A program made the translations under genes and the position numbers. The notes under the pieces were generated by a model. It was not told the DNA's origin and did no database searches. It saw only the letters and a program-made list of their open reading frames with translations. Positions 46,901 through 57,127 of a DNA stretch of 64,000 nucleotides are shown here, piece by piece (the stretch's first letter is position 1; each line of letters starts with the position of its first letter). The stretch covers positions 6,276 to 70,275 of IMG/VR virus record IMGVR_UViG_3300045119_000356; one strand, given 5' to 3'. The stretch comes from a virus.

Positions 46901-49900
46901 GCATCCGCCCGGCCCGCTGCCGAATGCTCAGGGTGTCTGGAAGCGATCTCGCTCGGACCCAGAGGATCGTTGGACGCCGCCAAGATGTCCATGTACTCCC
47001 GCCAGCGCGGCTTCACGGTAGTCATCGCCGAGCCTCCTGCGCGTTCTGCAAGCCCTGAATACCGAGCCGCTTTGCCAGTGCGTCTGCTCCTGCGATGAAA
47101 GCGTCGCGGTCATCGGCGGAGACGGGCTGGCCGCGCATCGTTTTCGGCGCCTCGTGCAGTTCAAGCATGATCGCCGTCACCGTTGGGCCCCATGCCTCGA
47201 AGAGCACACCCTCGAAGTGGCCGGGTTTACTGCTCGACCCGTTGTAGATGTCCTCGGTGATCTGCTCGTAGATGAAGCGGATCCTGTCGGCGGTGGGCAA
47301 CCGCTCGAAGTTGTGATTCAGCCGCGCGTAATCCTCGGCGTCGCGAAGGTGGCGCACCGCTGCGTCGAGCTTGGGGAGCAACCAGTTCGTTCGATCAGGT
47401 GACTTGCCGGGGTCGAGCCGGTCGGCCTCAATCCGCGCCACCTTGAGCTCGGCTTCGGCTTTGGCGGCCTTGTCGAGTGCCTCCTCGTAGGTCTCGCAGA
47501 TCACCTCGCCACCGCCTTGAAGCCCATCGCCGCGAGCGACTCGGCACTGGCTTCCCAACCGCGCGCGCCGTTGGAGAGATAGATCGTGCCGTCAGCGAAG
47601 ACGGCCTCAAGCTGGAGCTGTTCGCCGCCGCCCGGCGAAGTGAAGTACTCGCCCGCCCGGAGCTCTTGCAGCCGCACCGGCTTCTTGCTCGCGACGGTCA
47701 TCGGATCTCCGCGTGTTCAAGGCGATATTTATTCGCCTCGTAGTCCCAGCGATAAATGAGAGGGCCTCTATCGAAACGACGAATGCCAGCAAGAACGAGC
47801 GCCTTGCGAACGTGGCTTCCAGGGCTTGCCCCTTCGTAATAGCCAAGAGCTTTAGACCAACCATGCAGACCCCAGAACTTCGACTTCGGCTCATCTCGGT
47901 CGAGCTCTAGAACCCGTTGAACAAGACGTTCGCTAGGCCCATCGTCGTGCATCGAGCAACGGCTAATCCACCGCAGCACGCCCAACGCACGAGTCGGCAT
48001 TGCGTCGAACTCGATGACCTCACCTACCGTGGTCATACGTACTCCGAGATGTCATGGCCTTTGAGACAGACGAACGGGCTGCTGACGCCAGGTTTGCCAG
48101 GCACCTGCTCTACACCGACGAGAGCAACTCCGCTCGAAACGCCCTCTTCGGCAAGCCAAATCGGTGTGTTCACGTACATGATGTACTCGCCGCCCTTATA
48201 TCCTTCCAGCGTCTTGCCGATGGTCTCATCGGCAGCAGCGCGCAACGAGCCGACTGTCTCATGTGCGACGTATCCGCGCTCAACCATATGCGCAGGAAGA
48301 TTGCCGTCATAGCCCTCGCCGCTCTCCAGCGCCAAGTCCGCGTAGGCACCGCGATAGCTGATGAAGCGACCAGGACGCTCACCGTTCGCAAAGCGCACCC
48401 CCATCTCCTGCGGCTGCTCATCGAGCGCTGCTATCAACTCGCCCAGAGTCATAGAGTCCGCACCAGTCTGCGCTCCGGGTCGCGAAGGCCGTTCTCGTCA
48501 CGAGCCCAGCCCTCGTCATCGACCTCACCGACCAACAAACCCCTCGGTGCGTTGTAGCGCGCTACGACCTCGCTGTAAACCTCAGGCCAGGCCGCTCGCA
48601 ACTTCGCCATGTTCTCAGTGTCAGCGTTCTTCATCGCCGCCATGATCAGCGCGTAGAAGTCTTCGACGTAGTCGCCCTCACGGTCGAGCTTGGCCGCGAG
48701 GTCGTAATCACGGAGACTCACGACCGTCGCCCCTCCCACCAGCGTCGCAGGTGCTCGAGCAGGCCCATCGGATCATCGCTGACGACAGCGTTGATCACCC
48801 GGCGGTCATTGTCGTAGGTGGTGCGCTGAACGTGGTCACCAGCTCGAAGAGACCACCCGGGGGACGCAACGCCGTCACGCTCAACAATCAAGGTCACTGG
48901 GCTTATTAGGCGGCCTTTCACGCGACGCCCGCCTTCTCCAGGTTGAGCAGGTAGCGGATCGCGGCCTCGCGAGTTGCGTCGTCGCCAGGCAGCTTGCCCC
49001 ACTTCTTGAGGAACTCGCGTGCCGACTTCGAGAGGCCGACTTTGAAAACGATGCAGCCGTGTTTCGGGCCGTAGCCATAGCGCGCATCGGTGCGCTGGCC
49101 GGCGAAGCTGGCGTAGTCCTTCGTTGCGAAGTATTCGACCTTCAGCTTCGGGCAGCCGGCGGCGAGGTCATCGACCGCGTCGCGAACCACACCGGCATTC
49201 AGTCGGTCGATCTGCCCGACAACTTCGATCAAACTCAGCGCGTCTTCGCGTGTATCGGCGTCGGTGCCAGCGGCGAGGTGTTCGCGACGAGCGACCGTCT
49301 CTGCGATCTCGTCTGCGATCCGTTTGCGCTCGCGCTCGTGGCGCTCGTCCTCCTCGCGCAGCTCGACGCGCAGATCCTCGACCTGCGCGGTCAGCCCTGT
49401 CAGCGTCTCCGTCTCAGCGGGCACGGCGGCTGGCCTCCTCTCTGCGAACGCGCAGGTTGGTCTCGGCGGCCGGCGGAGTCCGGCGCTCGGGTGCGCGCAT
49501 GGCGGCGGCGATCTTGCTCAGCACCTTCACGACGCCAACTCCCGCGCGAAGGCAAGCATCTTCGGGTCGAGGTGGAAGTGGATAGCCGGGCAGAAGATGA
49601 CCTCTTTGCCGACGATCTCCCACGTCGCCCGGCGCACCTCACCCTGACCCGCGCGGTTCTTGGCCTCCTCGTTCATCGCGAGGCCCTCGTAGGTCATGAA
49701 CAGGTCGATCCAGACCCGCTCGTGCGGCTGGAGGTTGGGCAGCGAGCGCACGACTTCGAGCGCGTCCTCCAGTGTCGCCTGCGGAGCCGACTGCGCATCG
49801 GAGTCGGTCCTCACCCTGAACTCGACGCCGCAACCTCGTTGCAGCAGGATCGGTGCTTCATTTGCCATCGTTTCTCCTTCGCCTCTTGCCCTTGCGCGCC

Positions 49901-50310
49901 GGAGCGTAGCAGATCCGTGTACCCAGGTACAATTAGGCTTCTTCAGCGGCCTGCTTGCGGATCTGGCGGAGATCGTCGATGTCAGCTTCAGCGGTGTCCG
50001 GCGCCTCGCGGGAGAGCTTTTGACCTGAGCGCTCCTGTTCGGCCAGCAGCGGCAAGATCGGCTCCTGCCACTCGACGCCGAGCAAGGCGGCGCAGCGCTC
50101 GAAGACGCCTCGCGCCGCAGCGTCGCCCAGGACCAGCTCGACCGCTACTTCCAGTTCTGCCAGCGACCAGGAATCGGCCAGGTAGCACCACTCATTCTCG
50201 ACCGGGGCGCCAGCGGCGAAGCACTGGCCGGCGGCATTCTGGATGAAGCGAACCGCGATGCCGTGAACGGTGCTCTCGGCCAGCAGCTTCTCGGTCGAAC
50301 TCAACGACGC
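43970..50310 (-). other. Array of short, translationally coupled early genes (mostly hypothetical; e.g. 44790-45347, 45646-46305, wHTH 46771-47025, 48033-48452, 48449-48739, 48918-49424, 49527-49868, 49933-50304)
   Basis: Head-to-tail ORFs with ATGA/GTGA overlaps on the minus strand. Confidence 0.65.
49917..49932. promoter_or_regulatory. Palindromic operator over the -35 of a promoter
   Basis: GTGTACCCAGGTACAA; TTGTAC-18-TACGCT; ggcgaaggag RBS downstream. Confidence 0.75.
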
Positions 50311-50506
50311 AGCCCGCTCGCGAGAAGGGCAGGACCAGCGACGGAGGCGATCACGTCACTGTGCTCGCGAGCGGTGCTGCGCCGAGCCTTGCGTTGGCAA
50401 GTTCTCAGAAGGCCGCCGCCAGATCGCGCAGAGCGCGCAGAGCCCGACGAAGATCAGCCCGGCGAGGCATCCGGCGACGAGTGCGAGCTCGGGATGGTGC
50501 ACAACG

Positions 50507-50788
50507 TCAGGCATCGCCATTCCTATCGAGCGCCGAGCCGGAGCTCGGTTTTCCGCCGCTGCGGATAACCCGACTGACGTAGCTCTGCTTGATCTCCGCT
50601 TCGTCTGCGATCTCCGTCGCGGCGGCGTATTTTGCCGCTTTGACTATCGCCTCGTTGCGTTTCTTGCGGAGCTCCTCGCCTTTGGAGTCGTTGGCCTTGA
50701 CCGCTTTGGAGGTCCGCTTGACCTCGGCCAGCGCTTTGCGCTTGGCCTTCGGATCGACAGTCTCGGTTTTCCCGTTTCCCCTTGGCAC
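50507..50788 (-). CDS. Small HTH transcriptional regulator
   Basis: RNEAIVKA...ATEIADEAEIKQSYVSRVI; degenerate operator TAGAACCCAAGTTTAC at 50792-50807. Confidence 0.65.
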   Translation of the reverse strand: MPRGNGKTETVDPKAKRKALAEVKRTSKAVKANDSKGEELRKKRNEAIVKAAKYAAATEIADEAEIKQSYVSRVIRSGGKPSSGSALDRNGDA

Positions 50789-50803
50789 GTCTAGAACCCA
50801 AGT

Positions 50804-51580
50804 TTACAGAACCCGTGCCCAGCCACCGGGCATGAGCTCTCGTGGATCGTCGTCGGCATTCAGGGTGAAGAGCTCGCCGGCATCCTCCCCAGCACCGAGA
50901 TCCTCGGCCGACCCGCCTTCCACAGCGGTCTGCTGGAGCTCCGCTTCGATCTCTACGCGCGCCTCGGCTTCGGCCTGTTTCTGCTCAAAGACCATCGCCG
51001 GGCCGTCTTCAGCGTTGCCTTCCTCTTCGACCTCCAGCCCCATCTGCTGGCCGGGGCGCTGATGCGTGCCCTCCGGGGCCGCGGTCCCAGTCGCGCGCTT
51101 CCAGCAGTCGGGCCCGATGTTGCGCGCGATCGACTCCGGATCGGTCAGCTCGCGCCCGCACATCAGGCAGTCCTTGCCTTCGAGGATCTCCGCCAGGTGG
51201 TCGGAGGGCGCCTCGCGGCCGAGCGCAACGTCCAGCACCCGCATCGCCGCCCACAGCCGAGCGCGGTCAAACTCCTCATCCCAGGGCGGCATGATCTTGC
51301 CGGCCCAACGGCCTTCGAGATGAAGGCAGCCGATCTCCTTGCCGCCGGCACCGTCGCTGCTCGGCACGTCGAGGTAGATCCGCTCGGCACCGGAAAGATC
51401 GCAGCCGCGGAACTTGGCGCCGACGCGATGCTTGGCGCGCGCACCTACGGTGATGTGCTTGCCCGATTTCTTGCTGACCACGGTCGCGACGAGCCGCCCG
51501 GACTTCAGCGCCATGCCGAAGGGATCCGAAGGCCAGTCGAAGGGAGCGTCGAGCTCGTAGGGAACGGGCGCGAAGGCCAT
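50804..51580 (-). CDS. DUF6011 domain protein
   Basis: C..CGR.LTDP.SI...IGP.C. Confidence 0.8.
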   Translation of the reverse strand: MAFAPVPYELDAPFDWPSDPFGMALKSGRLVATVVSKKSGKHITVGARAKHRVGAKFRGCDLSGAERIYLDVPSSDGAGGKEIGCLHLEGRWAGKIMPPWDEEFDRARLWAAMRVLDVALGREAPSDHLAEILEGKDCLMCGRELTDPESIARNIGPDCWKRATGTAAPEGTHQRPGQQMGLEVEEEGNAEDGPAMVFEQKQAEAEARVEIEAELQQTAVEGGSAEDLGAGEDAGELFTLNADDDPRELMPGGWARVL

Positions 51581-52065
51581 CAGGATCGACCTACGAAGGC
51601 AGACGGTCCCAGGTCGTTAGCGACTATCTCTAGGACCTCCATTTCAGCGTAGTAACCGGCCTCCTGCGCTGCCCAGTAGCGACGCTCATCCTCGCGTTGT
51701 TCCTCAACTGCCTGAGCCCCCTCGCCCTCCCAGCGCTGAGCCATATCGCGCGAGATCCATTCGCACTCCTGAGGGTTGAAGCAATCGACGCCGACTACAC
51801 CACCGCAGCCATTGCAGATGCTCACGAGACTTCCCTCATCCCGGTGCACGGACAGGGATAGGTCGCAGTCTTGCCCGGCCCTGCGTAGCCGCGCGTCATC
51901 CCGCCGCCGTGGCAGATCGTGCAGTCGGAGTCGGCCGCCTCGCCCCAGCGCGCGTGCAGGTCTGAGATCGCCTCGCGGATCCCGTCGAAGCCGTCGCCGC
52001 CGACCGGCAGACCGAGCGCCTCGCGGCGGCGCCGCAGCCCTGCGAAGGTCCGCGGGTCAGAAACG

Positions 52066-52671
52066 TCAGCCACCGAATACCGCGCGGTTCTGGCGTTCGG
52101 CCTCGCGCTCCGGCGTGTCCTGCTCCAGCCACTCGTCGGCCTTCACCCAGTCCATCGCGTCGGCCACCAGCACAACGTCAGCTTTCAGGGTCTCCTTCGC
52201 ATGAGCAATCAACCGCCGTACGGTCAGTTCAATGTGATCAGCGGTCAAGACGATGGGATGCTTGATCAGGTACTCGACCTGTTCGTTGTGACCGAGATGC
52301 GTCTCGACAATCACAACCCGCTGCATACAGAGGTCGGGAAAACAGGTTCCTGGCTTGCGGATCCGGTCCGAGCCCAGTGGATGACTAACCCCCTCGTCTA
52401 GCGGCGCGCCGCAGATCTGACAAACACTCGGCTCGGGCTCGGGCTCGCACAGCCCCAGACCCGCTTCCAACTTCTTCTGATCCGCTGCGGGGAAGAGCTC
52501 GCGAGCGGCCAGCGCTGCGTTCTCAGCCGTATAGCCCGCCTTGCAGGTCGCCGGGTCTCCGCGCATCAGATCCTTTGCGAAGCAGAGGGCGACAAGGTCG
52601 TCGCTGGCCTTCGATCCCTCCAGCCCAAGACCCGATTGAACCTTCTCTCGGTACTCCTCCGCCAGTGCCAT
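52066..52671 (-). CDS. Hypothetical protein, first early gene
   Basis: aacggcgaaggagg RBS; TATACT promoter upstream. Confidence 0.65.
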   Translation of the reverse strand: MALAEEYREKVQSGLGLEGSKASDDLVALCFAKDLMRGDPATCKAGYTAENAALAARELFPAADQKKLEAGLGLCEPEPEPSVCQICGAPLDEGVSHPLGSDRIRKPGTCFPDLCMQRVVIVETHLGHNEQVEYLIKHPIVLTADHIELTVRRLIAHAKETLKADVVLVADAMDWVKADEWLEQDTPEREAERQNRAVFGG

Positions 52672-52712
52672 GTTTCCTCCTTCGCCGTTGACTCGGCCAG
52701 TATAGCAAAGGC

Positions 52713-52728
52713 TTGTACCCAGGTACTG
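52713..52728. promoter_or_regulatory. Palindromic operator over the -35 of an early promoter
   Basis: TTGTACCCAGGTACTG; CAGTAC-18-TATACT. Confidence 0.75.
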
Positions 52729-52779
52729 AGAACCCCCTGACTCATGCGGCTGCGCGGGCGCGCTGGCGAGCGGCTGCGC

Positions 52780-52910
52780 GAGGCACCCCCGCGTGGTTAT
52801 CCAGATTATCCAGCCAATTGGCTTGCCCGTGCGGTTGGCGGCGCCTCCTCGCGCGCGCGTACGGCCGCGCGCCCGCGCGCGTATGCGCACGCGGGCGATC
52901 TATCCAGCGC
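52780..52910. other. Origin-like element B: TTATCCA repeats plus an alternating purine-pyrimidine tract
   Basis: ttatcca at 52797 and 52806; ctatcca at 52900; cgcgcgcgcgta...cgcgcgcgtatgcgcacgcg at 52850-52893. Confidence 0.45.
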
Positions 52911-52962
52911 TGAGAGAGACGCTGAGGGCGCTTCGGAGGGCTCTGCCTCCCCAGAACGCAGA

Positions 52963-52994
52963 AGAGGCCGCCCAGCGAGCGCTGGGCGGCCTCT
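52963..52994 (-). terminator. Terminator-like hairpin after the lysis cassette
   Basis: agaggccgcccagcg / cgctgggcggcctct inverted repeat. Confidence 0.7.
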
Positions 52995-53017
52995 AGAGAC
53001 TCGGTGCTGCGGCTAAG

Positions 53018-53371
53018 CTACGGGCCAGGCGCTCGCGGCGAAGCCGGGGATCCTGTGCCGGTTGTCAGCGGTGCATCGGGTGCTCTTGGCAGCCGATCTT
53101 CGAGCAGGGTCTCCAGTGCTTCGACTTTGTCTTCGCTCAGGCCGGTTGCCTTGGCGATCTCGTGCTTACCTCGATTGTGCAGCCAGGTCGTGAGGATCGC
53201 GCCGAGCGAGAGGATGATCCCGAAGACGTAAGCAGCCACGTCCTGCGAGGAGACATCGACGTTGAACCACTGCTTTGCCTTCAGCGCGATGAAGCCCGCG
53301 ACCAGGAGCACCAGCGGGCTCACAAGGAACGCGATCCACCTGCTGATATTCGAGTTCTCGTCCGGGGTCAT
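53018..53371 (-). CDS. Holin
   Basis: Two hydrophobic helices and a charged C-terminus; follows the lysin genes. Confidence 0.7.
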   Translation of the reverse strand: MTPDENSNISRWIAFLVSPLVLLVAGFIALKAKQWFNVDVSSQDVAAYVFGIILSLGAILTTWLHNRGKHEIAKATGLSEDKVEALETLLEDRLPRAPDAPLTTGTGSPASPRAPGP

Positions 53372-53399
53372 CTGCCGTCCTTCTTCCTGCGGCGGGAGC

Positions 53400-53921
53400 T
53401 CAAGGCATCCCCTTTCTGTAGGCGTTGTTGATTTCGACCCGTGCGCGACCATAGCCGCCAGAGGGATCTCCGTTGTAGTCATTGAGCCCGGTCTCGTCAG
53501 TGCCGAGCTCCTTCTGGAAGTTCGCGCCCCAGCGCAGGTTGGCCTTGGGCTTCCACAGTCCGGGGTGCTCGACCAGCTCCGGGCCCCAGGTCGCCTGCAC
53601 GAAGCCGACGCCGTTGGAGGTGCCGCCGGCGCGGACGTGCGCGACCAGCCGCCGGTAGAGCGCGCGGGTCACCTTGTGCCCTGGGAACGGCCCGCCAACA
53701 TCATGACCGAAGATGAACTGGAAGGCCGACTCCTGCTCGACCAGCGCCATCAGCATCCAGTCGTGGACCTTGGCGTCGTTCGCCGCGGCGCAGATCCGGT
53801 AGCAGAGGCGGAACGAGGGCCTGAACCCGCGGCGGTGCGCGGTGCGCTGGAGTGCCCTCGCCCTGCGCGCCCGCCTCACCATCCGAGCGCGCCTTTGTAG
53901 TAATCGCTGACGACCCACCAT
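53400..53921 (-). CDS. Lytic transglycosylase (SLT-like) lysin
   Basis: ALVEQES.F, GVG.VQ.T, N.RWGA and YNG motifs; alternative start at 53882. Confidence 0.8.
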   Translation of the reverse strand: MVGRQRLLQRRARMVRRARRARALQRTAHRRGFRPSFRLCYRICAAANDAKVHDWMLMALVEQESAFQFIFGHDVGGPFPGHKVTRALYRRLVAHVRAGGTSNGVGFVQATWGPELVEHPGLWKPKANLRWGANFQKELGTDETGLNDYNGDPSGGYGRARVEINNAYRKGMP

Positions 53922-53979
53922 CGGCCATACCTCAAAATGCCCATCTCATTGCGACGACTATGCCAGCGCATTGAGAGCA

Positions 53980-54606
53980 TCAGCGGATGACCTTGTGATG
54001 CACCAGCCACATGACGAGATCCTCGGCGCTCATCCGGCAGCAGATGTGGTGCAGCTCGGAGCCAGTCGGGTAGGGCTGGAAGAAGTCGAGGCCATGCTTC
54101 GCGACCGCTCGACAGAACGCGGTCGCTTCGCCGTTGGAGGCCAGGTCGAGCCCCAGGGCCTGCGGGCCCAGCAGCTTGCCCATCGGCACACGGGGGAACG
54201 CAGGACCGCCGACATAGCCGGGGTAGCGCGGGTTTTCACCGCCGTTGCGGTACTCGTGCGTCGAGGTCAACGGCGGGTTGGCCGGGTTGAAACCGGGGTC
54301 GTTCTGATGCAGGAAGAGGTAGGTCTGCGAGCTGTGGCCGAAGCGCTCGGCAACGCCGGCCCGGCGGTCGCCGGAGATCAGCGTGAACTGGACGATCTCC
54401 AGCTTGTCGATCTTCTCCAGGGTCAGCCCCAGGACCGGCGGCACCGGCACGTGTTCGCGACCGTAGGCAACCGGGTCGTAGTGCGTTTCGAGATGGTGCC
54501 GACGATGGTGCGCCTGGTTGCGCCGCCGCTCTACCGCTGCGCGCGCGACCTGGCGGTGCTGCTTTGCGTGGGCAGGCGCGCTGTGCTGGCGCGTATGCGT
54601 TGGCAT
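53980..54606 (-). CDS. Peptidase M15-like (LAS) cell-wall peptidase
   Basis: ISGDR, Q..LF...ANPP..STHE, ALGLDL and PY...ELHH motifs. Confidence 0.75.
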   Translation of the reverse strand: MPTHTRQHSAPAHAKQHRQVARAAVERRRNQAHHRRHHLETHYDPVAYGREHVPVPPVLGLTLEKIDKLEIVQFTLISGDRRAGVAERFGHSSQTYLFLHQNDPGFNPANPPLTSTHEYRNGGENPRYPGYVGGPAFPRVPMGKLLGPQALGLDLASNGEATAFCRAVAKHGLDFFQPYPTGSELHHICCRMSAEDLVMWLVHHKVIR

Positions 54607-55091
54607 CAGCGAGAATCTACACCCTGAGGATGCAGCCGCAACGGAGTGATGACCACGTCTTCAGGATCCGCCCCGGTCAGGACGGCGAGCTGCAAGGCAA
54701 CCTGACGACAGCGTGGCGGCTGTTCCTGCTTGGCAAGGTATTCAGTGAAGCGATCGAGCCCAAGCCGCTGCGCTGGCGTGAGCTCCGACCGCGGCGGGGT
54801 GTTCCGCAGGCTGACCGCCACGAGCGCCGCTACGCCGTCACCGACCTGATCAATCTTGCGACAGAAGTAGGCGTTGATCGAAGACTGCCCGCCAATTCGC
54901 GAGAGCCGTTCTTCTTCGAGATTGTCAAACGCCCTACCGATCTGCCAGCCGGTAATAGCAAAGCCCCCACCGAAGAGAAGGCAGACGACTGCCATGATCT
55001 TTACTGCGCGCATCGTTCTGTGGCGGAGGTTGCGCGCTTCTTTTTCGATCCGCCCTAGGCGTTCCTCGACAGTCTCTGGCTTCCGCGTCAC
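54606..55091 (-). CDS. Single-TM lysis-cassette membrane protein
   Basis: One TM helix followed by a helical domain with two Cys; GTGA-coupled start. Confidence 0.55.
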   Translation of the reverse strand: MTRKPETVEERLGRIEKEARNLRHRTMRAVKIMAVVCLLFGGGFAITGWQIGRAFDNLEEERLSRIGGQSSINAYFCRKIDQVGDGVAALVAVSLRNTPPRSELTPAQRLGLDRFTEYLAKQEQPPRCRQVALQLAVLTGADPEDVVITPLRLHPQGVDSR

Positions 55092-55201
55092 CGGATCACC
55101 CCGCTTGATTCGAGGGCCTGCAAGATCAGAATGATGGTCAAAGCCAGCGCAGAGTAGACGATAAGAACCGCGCTGCGATGTCGGCAAAGCCAGAGCCTCA
55201 C
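55088..55201 (-). CDS. Small membrane peptide (37 aa)
   Basis: GTGA-coupled at both ends; hydrophobic. Confidence 0.4.
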   Translation of the reverse strand: MRLWLCRHRSAVLIVYSALALTIILILQALESSGVIR

Positions 55202-55389
55202 TTGCCCCCTCCTACCCGGAGGCCGGTCAGAGCATCCGCCAGCAGATCCAGACCCAGCAGCGACGCGACCAAGCCCGTCAACCCGATCGGCACGTCTACG
55301 TGGAAGACGAGCTGCGCCACGAAGAGAACCACTAGGCCCGCTACCCCCAACTGGCGCCGCGTCCGTACCCATCCGTCTCCAGTCCACAC
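55198..55389 (-). CDS. Small two-TM protein (holin/antiholin-like)
   Basis: Two hydrophobic segments. Confidence 0.5.
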   Translation of the reverse strand: MWTGDGWVRTRRQLGVAGLVVLFVAQLVFHVDVPIGLTGLVASLLGLDLLADALTGLRVGGGK

Positions 55390-55432
55390 TAGTTGGTATC
55401 CCGCCCGACCAGGAGTATGGCATCTCCGGTGT

Positions 55433-57106
55433 TCATGTCCCCAGTCCGACCGCGACGAGTTCGACCTGCATCTTCTCCATCAGCGCGTCAACGCGGTGCG
55501 GCGTCGAGTCGAGAGTCAAGGTATTCGTGCGAGCTTCGTGGTCGTAGTTCGTGGCGATGATCCGGCGCTCCTTCCCATCGTCGAAGCGAATACGGTCGCC
55601 CGCTCGAATCTTCCAGACAGGTTCGTAGTTCCCCGCTGAGTCTTGCGCGAATCCAGTCAGAACCGCGGTACCTCGGTCCGAAACGGCGAGCTCCTCCTGC
55701 AACCACCGAGAACCAATCTGAATCGCGCCGCTCAGAGTTGTGATCGCACCGACGACGACCTTGCCCAGGCGCTGGCGCCCGTGTTCGTTCAGCGGATTGG
55801 TCGAGCTCGTGTCTTGGAGGCTGGCATCGGAGTAATCGCACCCTCCAGTACCAGGCGGGCCGACCGTGAATGTCTTGCCCGATGGATCGGTGAACTGCAC
55901 AAGAACGCCGTTGTAATACTCCTCGGCCTGCTTGCCCTCGTCCTGTAGATCGCAGCCTGAGTCGCCCTGTCTGCCAACCCACAGCCGGCCGCCGCTGGGA
56001 TCGCGCCAGAAGAACTCGCGATTGTCGTAGACCCCCCAGTCGGGCACATCGTACTTCGAGGCTTGGAGAATGGCATCTTCCGGCGTCACTGCTTCGGTGT
56101 AGATCAAGTGGGGGATCGCGTATGCAGAGGGTTTGATCGAACCTTCTGTACCGAGAGTGAAGTTCAACATCGGCGCGGCTCGTTGGAGGATGTCAGCTAC
56201 TACGTCGGACGCCAGCACGCCAGCTGGCTGTCCGCCTGACATTTGGATGGGCACAGAATGATCGCCAACGACGACGACTTTTCTAATCTGAAACTTGTAA
56301 ACAACACCTGCTTGACCGGCGGGAGTATTCGGATAGTAAATCTCGAACATTCCGTAACGCGCCTTTTCTTTCGGCGTGAATATGACAGGGCTTTCGGCTC
56401 CGCTTGATGTATAAACATCGGCCGTTGTTTCCAGCCCAGCCCCCCAAAAATTCGCGTCCGCGTGAACCAAGAACTGCACATACCACTGGACATCGGGGGT
56501 CGTCGCAGTTGGGGCTACCGTGAAGTAGATACGTCCAATGCGAGCAGAAGGACCCGCGTCATAAAGCATTTCTGCATGCGGCAACCAAGGTGAAAGCCAA
56601 TTGCCCTCGATGCTGAGATCAAGGCACGGCAATCCAGTCGTTGGGTCCAACGAAACGCTGCCGTCGTTAGGAATGGCGTTTACTCCAAGCATAAGCACCT
56701 TACGAGCGGCAGGAACATTTGTAAACCGGTTCAAGTCTTTGTCGAAGTAGATCTCCTGAAAAGTCGGATTATCCTTCAGGTAGGCACCCCAGCCAGCAGC
56801 CACGAGCTGCACCTCGTTGTCTCCGCTCTTAGGAATTTCGATGTCATAGCCCTCGAAGGCGCTCTCGTTGCCTGGCCCCCTGGCGAGGAATTCATCGAAG
56901 ACATCGAAGTCGCCGTAGTCGATGCGCGGGTCGCGAGTGAGACCGAGCGAGGCTGAGCCGTGACCGCCGGGGATGATGGTGCCGAACGTGAATTTCTGGG
57001 CGACATTCTCTGCCTCGACCTCGTCGCCAGCGAGGCGCTTCTCCGTGCCATCCGGGCGTCTGAGGTAGAAAGCGAGACGACCGGAGTCAGGGGTCAAGTT
57101 AGACAT
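55433..57106 (-). CDS. Minor tail/baseplate hub-like protein
   Basis: PGG....S...R, IRAGD.I and Y.......L.LD pattern; second gene after the tape measure. Confidence 0.7.
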   Translation of the reverse strand: MSNLTPDSGRLAFYLRRPDGTEKRLAGDEVEAENVAQKFTFGTIIPGGHGSASLGLTRDPRIDYGDFDVFDEFLARGPGNESAFEGYDIEIPKSGDNEVQLVAAGWGAYLKDNPTFQEIYFDKDLNRFTNVPAARKVLMLGVNAIPNDGSVSLDPTTGLPCLDLSIEGNWLSPWLPHAEMLYDAGPSARIGRIYFTVAPTATTPDVQWYVQFLVHADANFWGAGLETTADVYTSSGAESPVIFTPKEKARYGMFEIYYPNTPAGQAGVVYKFQIRKVVVVGDHSVPIQMSGGQPAGVLASDVVADILQRAAPMLNFTLGTEGSIKPSAYAIPHLIYTEAVTPEDAILQASKYDVPDWGVYDNREFFWRDPSGGRLWVGRQGDSGCDLQDEGKQAEEYYNGVLVQFTDPSGKTFTVGPPGTGGCDYSDASLQDTSSTNPLNEHGRQRLGKVVVGAITTLSGAIQIGSRWLQEELAVSDRGTAVLTGFAQDSAGNYEPVWKIRAGDRIRFDDGKERRIIATNYDHEARTNTLTLDSTPHRVDALMEKMQVELVAVGLGT

Positions 57107-57127
57107 AGAACGCAGAGGCGACGCGCA

